A stretch of 64,000 nucleotides of DNA from positions 246,359 through 310,358 of the forward strand of contig OZ246400.1 in the NCBI GenBank assembly GCA_965230935.1, written 5' to 3'. This stretch comes from an uncultured Gammaproteobacteria bacterium (GTDB lineage: Bacteria > Patescibacteriota > Patescibacteriia > Magasanikbacterales > JBBTQS01). Of this stretch, positions 17,982 to 26,811 are shown in pieces (within the stretch, counting starts at the first letter, position 1; each line of letters starts with the position of its first letter). The position numbers and the translations under genes were made by a program. The notes beneath the pieces are model-generated. The model did no database searches. It was not told the origin of the DNA and was given only the letters and a program-made list of their open reading frames with translations.

Positions 17982-20900
17982 TTATTCAGCAACAAACCCC
18001 GTTGGGAACTTAATCATCTCTTCACGGTCTACAATCTGAGACCCGAGCACAAAGGTAAGTGCTGCTGGAGAAACATCTCGATACAACTCTGGAATAGCAT
18101 TTGCCTCAATAGCTGCATCATTTGCAAACATTCGCCACATACCACCTTCAACAAAGTAGGTTTGATCATCTTGAATTACTACTGCTCCATTTGGATATCG
18201 CACTGTGTCAATCACCTCGCCTAGATCATAATTCACAAACATAGCATCAGAAACATCAATTACACGATCTGCCCAATCATCTCCATATAACGCAGTTGCC
18301 AACTCTTCAGTTTTGATCCAGTGCAGCTTTGATCCGGTACCAATAGCATACGTCGCCTCTACTGTAGTGAGTTTAATCAATTTAGTCCCGGGACGTACTG
18401 TCATATTTGCACCAAGAGTGATTGCAGACATTACATCTTGCGACACAGTCCGAACTCCTGAGAAATCATCGCCATACCATGTGGCATACACTGATTGACT
18501 TGGGAATGCATGACGTTTTCCATCAACGCCGTAGTAATACACGGTATCAACATCAGCGGTTTTAATCAGATCTGCACGGGATAACTCAGCGACCTCTTGT
18601 ACAACTTCGACAGGGGCACCTGGAGCCGGTGTAGACGTGCCAGGATCTACCGGTTCATTTGCTGGTGGCTCAGATGGTGGGATAACAAGCAAATCACTTG
18701 CCAACTCAATCGTATCGGAGACAACTACAGAGGTGAACCCGCCCGAATTGGCGAACTTAGCATATACGGTCTTTACCCCATCACCTTCAGATAAGGTAAA
18801 GCTTTTACTAGATACATACGGCTCCCAAACACTATTGGCAAATGTTGGATCTTCACTCACTAACATTTCAGACGCACCACTCACACCCAATGACAATGTC
18901 ACGGTTTGCGTTGTGGTTATTTCATTTCCTTGATCAATACTAATTGATGGATCTTGCGGATAGTTTGGTGATGATTGGGTGTCATCGCCGCTCAAAGCAA
19001 CACTCTTAAGCGCAAGAGTTGCGCTTCCGGTATCAGTACCATCCTCATTATCAGTATACGCAATACTCAATGTTTCAGCGCCACTTACCTCTAAAATACT
19101 GTTTGACGCAATCGCATTACTGGTGTTATCCACAATAATTGATCCGGTAAATGTCTCTGAGACCACCGTTGTCTCTGTTAATGTCACGGTTTCACTATCA
19201 CCAAGCTGTGAAGTCACCGTAACAGTAACCGTTTCCGCTGAAGCGGCGTCTAAATTTTCATCTTGATCAACCACTCGGAAATACAGTGTCATACCATCCT
19301 CTAGTGTTGTCGAGATAATTGTGTTTTGTCCACTATCAGTGGCATTGACCCCCTCTTGCCCTTTCAAAATAACCGATGAACCACCTTGGGTGATCTCACC
19401 AGTATTGGTGATATCACCAGTCACGGTCAGATTGTTATTGTTTACATTAATAGTACTATTAACATTACTCACACTTAAGGCACCTTCAACCGTAACATTG
19501 GATTGTAATGTGTAAGTAGTACTTCCGTTTACCGTCAAATTTCCAAACGGTCCTCCAGTCACGTTAGTTGCAGAACCACCTGAAAGGATTACAGTTGAAT
19601 CCTCAGCAAAATCATGATTACCATCTCCGGCAAATATCGCACTAGTCCCATCAACAGTGAGGGTTGATCCTGAATTAAGTTGGAACAGACTGCCAGTTCC
19701 TATAGTCAATGAGCTGATAGTTAAACTATCGTCCGTTAACAATTCAGCATCATCACTATCAATATCCACAGCACCAAGATCCAAAGATCCGGAAGAAACA
19801 GTAATCGTTGAAGTTGAACTTCCATCAAATGTATATGCACCTGATCCATGAGTTACCGTCCCACCTGCTTGAGTAAAGCTACCGGCATGGTTGATTGCTG
19901 ACGTACCCCATTGAAGTGTTCCATTTGATGAAACCGTCACCAGACCTTCAATGTCGGCAGCATTGTTATTTGTTGAAAGATCAAGCGTGCTTGAGGTAAT
20001 AGTAACGGCGCCATTAACATCAAGGGTTGTTGTGTCAGCAGCAATCACAATTCCACCAGTGTTATTGATGGTCATATTTTGAAAAGCGGCAGTACTTGAA
20101 ACTGTCTGTGCCGCGCTTGTCCCATCAAAGGTTAAGGTTCCTGAACCCGGTGTAACCACACCTGCACCATTTTGTGTAAGGTTTCCAGCCATAGTAACGG
20201 CGCCCGAACCCCACGCAAGTGCTGCATTGGCATTGTCTGCAACACTAATCGCACCATCAGCATTAAGTACAGCATTATTTGTTGATAGATCGAGCGTACT
20301 TGATGTAATTGTAAGTGTGCCACCTACTGTAAGCGTTTGCCCAGATGCTACAATCACATTTCCAGCGGTTTTGTTAATGGTCAGTCCACCTTCAAGAGAT
20401 TGGTTATCAAAATCAATAGTTTGATTCCCGGCTGTTTGATCACCATCTAAGGTAAGTGTGGCTGAACCCGAGGACATAGTTGCTGAGTCATTTACCGTAA
20501 TATTCCCGGAAACAGTGATCGCTCCACTTCCCCATTGCATAGTAGCTTCCGCAGCATCAGCCAAAGTTAAACTTCCACCAGCACCACCCTCTTGGAGATC
20601 CATTGCCGCATTATTGGTCTCAAGGTTAAGATTGCCTAGTGTGATGGTGAACGTACCAGCGATAGTTAAATTACCACTCACAGTAAGATCATCGCTCGTG
20701 CCGCCGCCAGAATTATTTAATGTCATTGGGCCATATACCTCTCCAGCGCCCCCGGTAGTAAATTCTTGATCAGCAGCTCCATCAAATGTAATTTGTGGAC
20801 AATGCCCTTCTCCACAATCAAAAAATGTTCCACTGTTCACCGCAAAATCACCCGCAGCAGTAACTGTGGCTGCAAGCTGTAGTGTGCCAGAATCTAAATC

Positions 20901-21371
20901 AACTCCACCATCGAAATCCATTGTCCCTGCGCTAAACGTTGAGGTTACTGTTCCACCATTCACGAATGTCGGACCGCTAATTTTAAGACTATTACTCCCA
21001 ACATTAAGCGTTCCAGCAATTACTGTAGTTGACGCAATCGTTAACGTGCTACTACTTAATGTCACCGTTCCGGTATACCCGGTTGCCAAATGCACTTGCA
21101 AATCTTGGGCTGAGATAAAACTACTATCCCAGGTTGCATTATTTCCAGATGTCGCATCAAACGTGAGAATATCCCCTGCACTTGGCAATGTATTTGCATC
21201 CCAATTGGCAGCAGTACTCATGTTGGTATCACCTGCTCCACCACCATCCCAGGTCTTAACAGCAGCATGTGCACTTTGCATGCTTAATAATATGGCGACG
21301 AGCGCAATTCCCAAACTTAAAAGAAATCTCTTCTGTGAAAGAAGATGATAAAACAAGTGTCCTGAATTCAT
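17982..21371 (-). CDS. large secreted surface protein with beta-helix-like Thr/Gly/Asn-rich repeats
   Basis: 1129 aa; N-terminal signal peptide ending ..SAHAA; three roughly 75-aa internal repeats (TITSSTLDLSTNN...GSGTLTFDG); distinct C-terminal domain of about 250 aa. Confidence 0.8.
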   Translation of the reverse strand: MNSGHLFYHLLSQKRFLLSLGIALVAILLSMQSAHAAVKTWDGGGAGDTNMSTAANWDANTLPSAGDILTFDATSGNNATWDSSFISAQDLQVHLATGYTGTVTLSSSTLTIASTTVIAGTLNVGSNSLKISGPTFVNGGTVTSTFSAGTMDFDGGVDLDSGTLQLAATVTAAGDFAVNSGTFFDCGEGHCPQITFDGAADQEFTTGGAGEVYGPMTLNNSGGGTSDDLTVSGNLTIAGTFTITLGNLNLETNNAAMDLQEGGAGGSLTLADAAEATMQWGSGAITVSGNITVNDSATMSSGSATLTLDGDQTAGNQTIDFDNQSLEGGLTINKTAGNVIVASGQTLTVGGTLTITSSTLDLSTNNAVLNADGAISVADNANAALAWGSGAVTMAGNLTQNGAGVVTPGSGTLTFDGTSAAQTVSSTAAFQNMTINNTGGIVIAADTTTLDVNGAVTITSSTLDLSTNNNAADIEGLVTVSSNGTLQWGTSAINHAGSFTQAGGTVTHGSGAYTFDGSSTSTITVSSGSLDLGAVDIDSDDAELLTDDSLTISSLTIGTGSLFQLNSGSTLTVDGTSAIFAGDGNHDFAEDSTVILSGGSATNVTGGPFGNLTVNGSTTYTLQSNVTVEGALSVSNVNSTINVNNNNLTVTGDITNTGEITQGGSSVILKGQEGVNATDSGQNTIISTTLEDGMTLYFRVVDQDENLDAASAETVTVTVTSQLGDSETVTLTETTVVSETFTGSIIVDNTSNAIASNSILEVSGAETLSIAYTDNEDGTDTGSATLALKSVALSGDDTQSSPNYPQDPSISIDQGNEITTTQTVTLSLGVSGASEMLVSEDPTFANSVWEPYVSSKSFTLSEGDGVKTVYAKFANSGGFTSVVVSDTIELASDLLVIPPSEPPANEPVDPGTSTPAPGAPVEVVQEVAELSRADLIKTADVDTVYYYGVDGKRHAFPSQSVYATWYGDDFSGVRTVSQDVMSAITLGANMTVRPGTKLIKLTTVEATYAIGTGSKLHWIKTEELATALYGDDWADRVIDVSDAMFVNYDLGEVIDTVRYPNGAVVIQDDQTYFVEGGMWRMFANDAAIEANAIPELYRDVSPAALTFVLGSQIVDREEMIKFPTGFVAE
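19930..20800 (-). repeat. in-frame tandem coding repeats within the surface protein gene
   Basis: repeated peptide blocks L(D/N)L(S/E)TNN...WGSGA(I/V)T..GN(I/L)T; coordinates approximate. Confidence 0.4.
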
Positions 21372-21434
21372 ATAGTAATCATTTTTACTATTTTATATGG
21401 TAGTAGTATATCAAATCTCTGATATATGAACAAA

Positions 21435-22037
21435 CTAATTTGTCACCAAATACAGACGATCAGCCAATGAATCGTATGGTTCTACGGCCACAACCTCAAC
21501 ACCAGTCTGTTGTGCTTGTTGCACCAACCTATCATTGAGTGCACAAACATATGCGACTTCCTTTTCTTTTGCCTTCACTGTTTTGGCCCATAGCCCCCGC
21601 TGCATAATATTATTTTTGATGGTTTGATGATTGGCCTCCAACAGAACATAGCGCACACGAAGATCATACTTGGCAAATTCTCCAACATGAGTTGGCATAA
21701 GGTTTACCCCCTCAATAACCACACCAACATCGCGTAGAGCTGGATTTTCGCTTGTAATAAGGTCTTGTACCACCGGCCAAATTTCCCCTGCCTCATCACA
21801 AAACTGACGGATAAAATCATCAACCGTGTGCTCAAAAAAATACTTTTCCGGGTCTTTTTCCAAAAAAAAGTGGATTCCTGGATAGGTGTGTTTATGACTA
21901 ACGCTGCGCGCGATCCGGCGAATCGTATCAGTACCCAAATAATCAAACTTGAACTGATGTGCCAAAGCACGCGCAGCGGTGCTCTTCCCGATTGCAGGCG
22001 CACCACCGATCAACAATATTGATTTTTGTTTTTGCAT
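21435..22037 (-). CDS. P-loop NTPase / kinase-like protein
   Basis: Walker A GGAPAIGKST near the N-terminus; 200 aa. Confidence 0.6.
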   Translation of the reverse strand: MQKQKSILLIGGAPAIGKSTAARALAHQFKFDYLGTDTIRRIARSVSHKHTYPGIHFFLEKDPEKYFFEHTVDDFIRQFCDEAGEIWPVVQDLITSENPALRDVGVVIEGVNLMPTHVGEFAKYDLRVRYVLLEANHQTIKNNIMQRGLWAKTVKAKEKEVAYVCALNDRLVQQAQQTGVEVVAVEPYDSLADRLYLVTN

Positions 22038-22039
22038 AT

Positions 22040-24091
22040 CTACTCAAAGGTTACCACATCACCGGCCTTGAGTGGCTTGGCTGAAGTATCCTCCTGTTGT
22101 GTGTTTTGCACTGCGTTTTGTACTGGTTGAGGTGACGCTGGCGCCGCTTCAGCTGGCTGCTCTGATTGAACCTTTTCTTTCTTTGGCGAACCCACCTCTT
22201 CTTTCTTCTTCCGTTTACGACGGCGACGTTTGCGCTTCTTCTTCTCTTCAGATGATGGAGATTCTGTCTCGTCATCAGTAGCATTAGGCTGTAACGTCTC
22301 AAGAGTAACGTCTGGCTCAGTAGGCGCTGGAGATTCCACAGGTTCAGTTGTATCAGGCAACTGGCGCTTTTGCTCTTTTTCTTTAGTTGGTGGCGTTTTC
22401 TTTTTCTTTTTTTCTCCTGTTGAAAGAGGCTCAGCAGCTTCAGTTGGTTTCTTAGAGTTTTTTGTATCTTGAATTTCTTTTTTCGGTTCTCTTTTCTCAA
22501 TCGCCTTTTTTCCTTGTTTTAGTGCTTCTTTTTGTTCTTTAAGTGCATCAAGAACCTGCTGTGGCACTGACGGTGGTGGCTTACCCTCCTGTCGGTCTTT
22601 CATCGCATCTGGATAACAGTCACGACAATAAGTTGGTCGCTTTCCATCCGGTGGGAAAGGCACATCAGTTTCATTAAGACATCGCCAACAATGTGTTTTA
22701 TACGGATGGCGCTGCTCATCCGGAATATCAGCTTCTTTCACGCGGGATGCTTTTTTCTTACCACCAGATTCTTTTGCGGACAAAAATTCTTCAACATCAA
22801 CTTCGGCCATACCACTCCACTCTAAAATCTTCTCCTCAATTTGTGCTCGTGGTGTTGCATATCGCTCTCGAGTGACCTTGATGACCTTGTCCGCACTTGC
22901 AGTTGATGAACCAATTGGCGGTAACCCAGACGCACTAAACGGCTTTGACGCTACCCCATCGATCATCAGCCGCATATATACATGAAACTTTGGCAAGTTC
23001 ACAATATCCTGCTCCGTAAACACCGGGTCAAACTCTTTTGCTAAAAACTCCGCATCCTTAGCACCTACCCGATACGCAATAATAGTTCCGACGTTACCAA
23101 ATACTGCAGAAGCAACAGTTTCCTCGAGCTGCTCAATGTATTGATGTGCCATTACCAAACCAAGTCGATACTTACGAGCTTCCGATAGAATATTGGCAAA
23201 TGAATCTGTGGCAAAGTTTTGAAACTCATCAACATAGAGGAAAAAATCTTTACGGTCTTCTTCCGGAATATCAACGCGCTCCATTGCTGAAAGCTGCAAC
23301 TTCGTCACCAACATACCACCCAGCAACCGCGACGCATCCTCACCCACACGTCCTTTAGACAAGTTGATGATAAAAATCTTGCGCTCATCCATGATCTTGC
23401 GAATATCGATTGTGGATTTTACCTGGGCAACAATATTTCGCATGATCGAACCAGACAAAAACTGACCGATTTTGTTTTGAATTGGTGCTACTGCCTCTTG
23501 CTGATACCGATCATTATAGTTCGCAAATTCTGTGAGCCAAAATGCCTTTACCACCGGGTCAGTAACATTGACGATAATTTTTTTACGATATACCGGATCA
23601 GCAAGTAAACGATTGATACCGAGCAAGGTAGTTCCTGGATTTTCCAAAAGTGCCAAAATGGTGTTATTCAAGATGTATTCCATTCGTGAACTCCACATGT
23701 CAATCCAGATTTTTTTGAACACACTCATCAAGCCTGATGCAATCAAATGGCGATGCGACTCATTTTTAAGTTCCAAAATATTGAAACCAATCGGATAATC
23801 TGCGTCAGACGGGTTGAAGTACACCACATCGTTGATTCGCTCATTGGGAATATAATCAATAATTTTCTCAGCTGAATCGCCGTGTGGGTCAATCAGCGCA
23901 ATACCATGGCCATTATAAATGTCTGATAGCACCATGTTTTCAAGCATGGTCGTTTTTCCCATGCCGGTTTTCCCAATCAAGTACACATGACGGCGACGAT
24001 CATCCAATTTGATACCAAAACGCCGCTTCTGATTACGAAAATCAGTTTGCGCAAACACGGTTACTTCACTTTTAATCGGATTTTCTGACAT
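22040..24091 (-). CDS. VirD4/TraD-like (type IV coupling protein family) ATPase with Lys/Glu-rich C-terminal tail
   Basis: Walker A GKTGMGKTT, Walker B FLYVDEFQNF, AHQ motif; C-terminal CWRC...CRDC zinc-finger-like motif and KKKRKRRRRKRKKKEE low-complexity tail. Confidence 0.7.
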   Translation of the reverse strand: MSENPIKSEVTVFAQTDFRNQKRRFGIKLDDRRRHVYLIGKTGMGKTTMLENMVLSDIYNGHGIALIDPHGDSAEKIIDYIPNERINDVVYFNPSDADYPIGFNILELKNESHRHLIASGLMSVFKKIWIDMWSSRMEYILNNTILALLENPGTTLLGINRLLADPVYRKKIIVNVTDPVVKAFWLTEFANYNDRYQQEAVAPIQNKIGQFLSGSIMRNIVAQVKSTIDIRKIMDERKIFIINLSKGRVGEDASRLLGGMLVTKLQLSAMERVDIPEEDRKDFFLYVDEFQNFATDSFANILSEARKYRLGLVMAHQYIEQLEETVASAVFGNVGTIIAYRVGAKDAEFLAKEFDPVFTEQDIVNLPKFHVYMRLMIDGVASKPFSASGLPPIGSSTASADKVIKVTRERYATPRAQIEEKILEWSGMAEVDVEEFLSAKESGGKKKASRVKEADIPDEQRHPYKTHCWRCLNETDVPFPPDGKRPTYCRDCYPDAMKDRQEGKPPPSVPQQVLDALKEQKEALKQGKKAIEKREPKKEIQDTKNSKKPTEAAEPLSTGEKKKKKTPPTKEKEQKRQLPDTTEPVESPAPTEPDVTLETLQPNATDDETESPSSEEKKKRKRRRRKRKKKEEVGSPKKEKVQSEQPAEAAPASPQPVQNAVQNTQQEDTSAKPLKAGDVVTFE

Positions 24092-24093
24092 AA

Positions 24094-25635
24094 TTACACA
24101 AATGGGAGATTCTCTGGTGGGGTATCATCGACCGGCTCAGTTGGTTCTTCTGTTGATTGTACCACCTCTTCACCTGTATCTACGGGTGTATCTGATGACT
24201 CTGACATATCAAACGGCTCATCAGCATACGGCAAAGGCTGATCAGCAAGCGCCGTAGTCGCCACTTTTCCACTTCCAGGGCGCGATCCACCAACCGGTGC
24301 TAAGGTATCGCCAGACGGCAACCCCATAGGCGCTTCGCCACGCTTCCCAACTGTTTTTTGCAGTAATGGCGCGCGAACCGTATTTACTGGGAAATGCCAC
24401 AACGACGCCAACTCCTCGACATTCAAAATAAACTTTTCAACACCAAGCCATGCACTGCGCCCCTTATACGCACTCATAATCTTAGTGCGGCGAGAATCTT
24501 TGCGGGTTTCCATAAACACGTAGTGCGCCGATGTTCCGGTGCGCTTATACGCGGGTTTGAGTCCATTCGTATCTTCTTTGGTAAACTGCTTAATCGCACC
24601 GACCACCCCGTAGACAATCCGCGACTTATCAAATACTTCGTGCTTTGCAATATATAAATTGCGCACTTTTACCATCCAACCGATCTTCGATACTTTGCGC
24701 TCAATAGCTTTGACCTTGTCAACCTCCCCCGGTGTCATGCTCCAAATACCGGTATTAAAATCAGGCTTGTCAGGTTCTGAATCTCCAGCATCAAATGCTG
24801 GTGGATCACCTTCCCCAATCAGGCCATGGATCGCGAGTTGCATCAAATAAATTGGGAAAAAGAATATTTTAAACAGCGGCCCGGCTTTTTTCTTGGTCGC
24901 CTTACCCAACATCTCTCGCGCCATTTCAAATCCACCTTCTTTCCAGCTCTGCCCGGTTGGGAACAAAATAATCTGAAACCATGCTTGCTCATCCTTACCA
25001 ATACGCGAGTACGTCTCCAAAAGCGCAGCCATCGGGTCTTTAAACTCCTGAGAAAGCTTATCTTCAAACTCCATGTGGGTTTTGATTGGGATGTAATGCG
25101 AATCAACAAGCTCAAACTCACACCCCCACACCTTCCACACAGGATCAGGAAATTTTGTTGGAAAATCTGTCGTATAATCTTCAATCTCTGTAATCTCGGC
25201 ATCAGGATATTGGGCATAAATAATTGATTCAACTAAATCTCGAAAGAGCTTTTCAGTCATGATCACAAACTGGATATATCCTTCAATGCTGATGATTTCA
25301 AAACTAAACCATTGTTGAAATTGTCCATCCCAATAAATCTCTCGCAAATCTCGGGTCATGTGCGCACCGGCTAAATGCGCAAAAATGTTCTCTACCGCGA
25401 GCGGGCTTTGTTCATTTTCCTTTGGAATATCAATCGCCAAAAATTGCCACTCAAATCGCCCAATGAACACACCAAACCGACGAATCTGATACATTTCCAT
25501 GCTCATGCGAAAGAGCACATAAAACAAAATCATCCATCCACCATAGTAATACATGAACACAAACAAATCACGGCCAGAGACGATGTTCTGTCCGAATACA
25601 AGATTAATGCTTTCGATGAATGAGTCTAAAAACAC
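24094..25635 (-). CDS. integral membrane protein of unknown function, operonic with the VirD4-like ATPase
   Basis: 513 aa, N-terminal TM helices, acidic C-terminus; stop abuts the downstream ATPase start (3-nt gap). Confidence 0.65.
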   Translation of the reverse strand: MFLDSFIESINLVFGQNIVSGRDLFVFMYYYGGWMILFYVLFRMSMEMYQIRRFGVFIGRFEWQFLAIDIPKENEQSPLAVENIFAHLAGAHMTRDLREIYWDGQFQQWFSFEIISIEGYIQFVIMTEKLFRDLVESIIYAQYPDAEITEIEDYTTDFPTKFPDPVWKVWGCEFELVDSHYIPIKTHMEFEDKLSQEFKDPMAALLETYSRIGKDEQAWFQIILFPTGQSWKEGGFEMAREMLGKATKKKAGPLFKIFFFPIYLMQLAIHGLIGEGDPPAFDAGDSEPDKPDFNTGIWSMTPGEVDKVKAIERKVSKIGWMVKVRNLYIAKHEVFDKSRIVYGVVGAIKQFTKEDTNGLKPAYKRTGTSAHYVFMETRKDSRRTKIMSAYKGRSAWLGVEKFILNVEELASLWHFPVNTVRAPLLQKTVGKRGEAPMGLPSGDTLAPVGGSRPGSGKVATTALADQPLPYADEPFDMSESSDTPVDTGEEVVQSTEEPTEPVDDTPPENLPFV

Positions 25636-25698
25636 AAAAGCGTCTTTGGCTTAGTATACCATAAGACGCCTGCCTTTTATACTGGATTGTCCTGAAAA

Positions 25699-25866
25699 TT
25701 AATCTGGAACTAAGAAACTAAAGACCGCCATGTATGCAATCGGCAAAAAGATTACTCCCATCCACCACCATCCCTTACCACCAGCATAGTACGCAGCACT
25801 AAACACCACAAAAAACATGATAGTCGTAATGAACGAGTAAATATGTCGCCAGACTTTATCCTCCAT
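25699..25866 (-). CDS. small hydrophobic protein (55 aa)
   Basis: hand-translated MEDKVWRHIYSFITTIMFFVVFSAAYYAGGKGWWWMGVIFLPIAYMAVFSFLVPD; GGAGG-like SD not obvious. Confidence 0.35.
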   Translation of the reverse strand: MEDKVWRHIYSFITTIMFFVVFSAAYYAGGKGWWWMGVIFLPIAYMAVFSFLVPD

Positions 25867-25902
25867 AGATGTCAGTAGTATACCACAGCAATGTGTGGCC
25901 TG

Positions 25903-26808
25903 CTATTGTTTTTTACGCCAATTGGAAAAATCCACCAAAAGCGGTGAGGCTAGGAAAATCGAAGAGTAGGTACCGGCGACAGTACCGATGATCAGCACTA
26001 ACATAAAGTCCTTAACGGTCTCACCACCAAAAAAATAGATAGCAACCATGGCAAACAACGTTGTGATTGAGGTATTGATCGAACGCGTAATTGTTTCATT
26101 AATACTATTGGTCACATTATCAACAAACGATCGCTTTGGATGCAGCAGTAAATTCTCGCGAATTCGGTCAAAGGTCACAATAGTGTCATTAACTGAAAAT
26201 CCAAAGATGGTCAGCAATGCCACCACAAACAAAGTGTCTGCTTCAAATCCGCCAAACTGACCAAGTGCCGCCACAACTCCGGCCGGAATTGCCACATCAT
26301 GAATCAGTGCAACAATTGCAGCAATACCATATTTCCATGAGGATACTGGACGAGAAACTTTGCGAAATGCCCATGCAACATAGAGTACGATTGCCAACAC
26401 CACAATACCAATTGCCCAAAATGATTTGGACTTCAACTCACTACTAATTGACGGTCCGATGGTTTCGTACCGAATCTCGCTCAGTGGAGTCTCCGGTGCT
26501 AAATCTTCTAGATGCGCGACAACCGTCTTATGTTCGTCCACAGACAAGAACGGCAAACGCAACAATACATTTTGCTCTTCCACTGGTTGTACTACTGCAC
26601 TGGCAATAAAGTCCAATCCTTCGATATCTGCACGAACCTCCTGAATATCCGGTCGTGCACCATCATACGACACCTCCATAAGCGCACCGCCGGTAAAGTC
26701 AATTCCTAGTCGAAAACCCCACAACGAAATCGCAACAAAACTCAGAACGACTAAGATACCGGAAAGGGTGTACCAAATTTTTCGTGTTTGAACAATTGGA
26801 ATACGCAT
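25903..26808 (-). CDS. secF: protein translocase subunit SecF
   Basis: 301 aa, SecF TM topology, GIDFTGG motif. Confidence 0.9.
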   Translation of the reverse strand: MRIPIVQTRKIWYTLSGILVVLSFVAISLWGFRLGIDFTGGALMEVSYDGARPDIQEVRADIEGLDFIASAVVQPVEEQNVLLRLPFLSVDEHKTVVAHLEDLAPETPLSEIRYETIGPSISSELKSKSFWAIGIVVLAIVLYVAWAFRKVSRPVSSWKYGIAAIVALIHDVAIPAGVVAALGQFGGFEADTLFVVALLTIFGFSVNDTIVTFDRIRENLLLHPKRSFVDNVTNSINETITRSINTSITTLFAMVAIYFFGGETVKDFMLVLIIGTVAGTYSSIFLASPLLVDFSNWRKKQ

Positions 26809-26811
26809 AGC

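Noticed and set aside
22040-22500. Highly repetitive Lys/Glu-rich low-complexity DNA, considered as a possible simple repeat, IS remnant or CRISPR-like array
   Set aside because: It is in frame as the C-terminal tail of the VirD4-like ATPase. There are no direct repeats of constant length separated by unique spacers, so it is not a CRISPR array.
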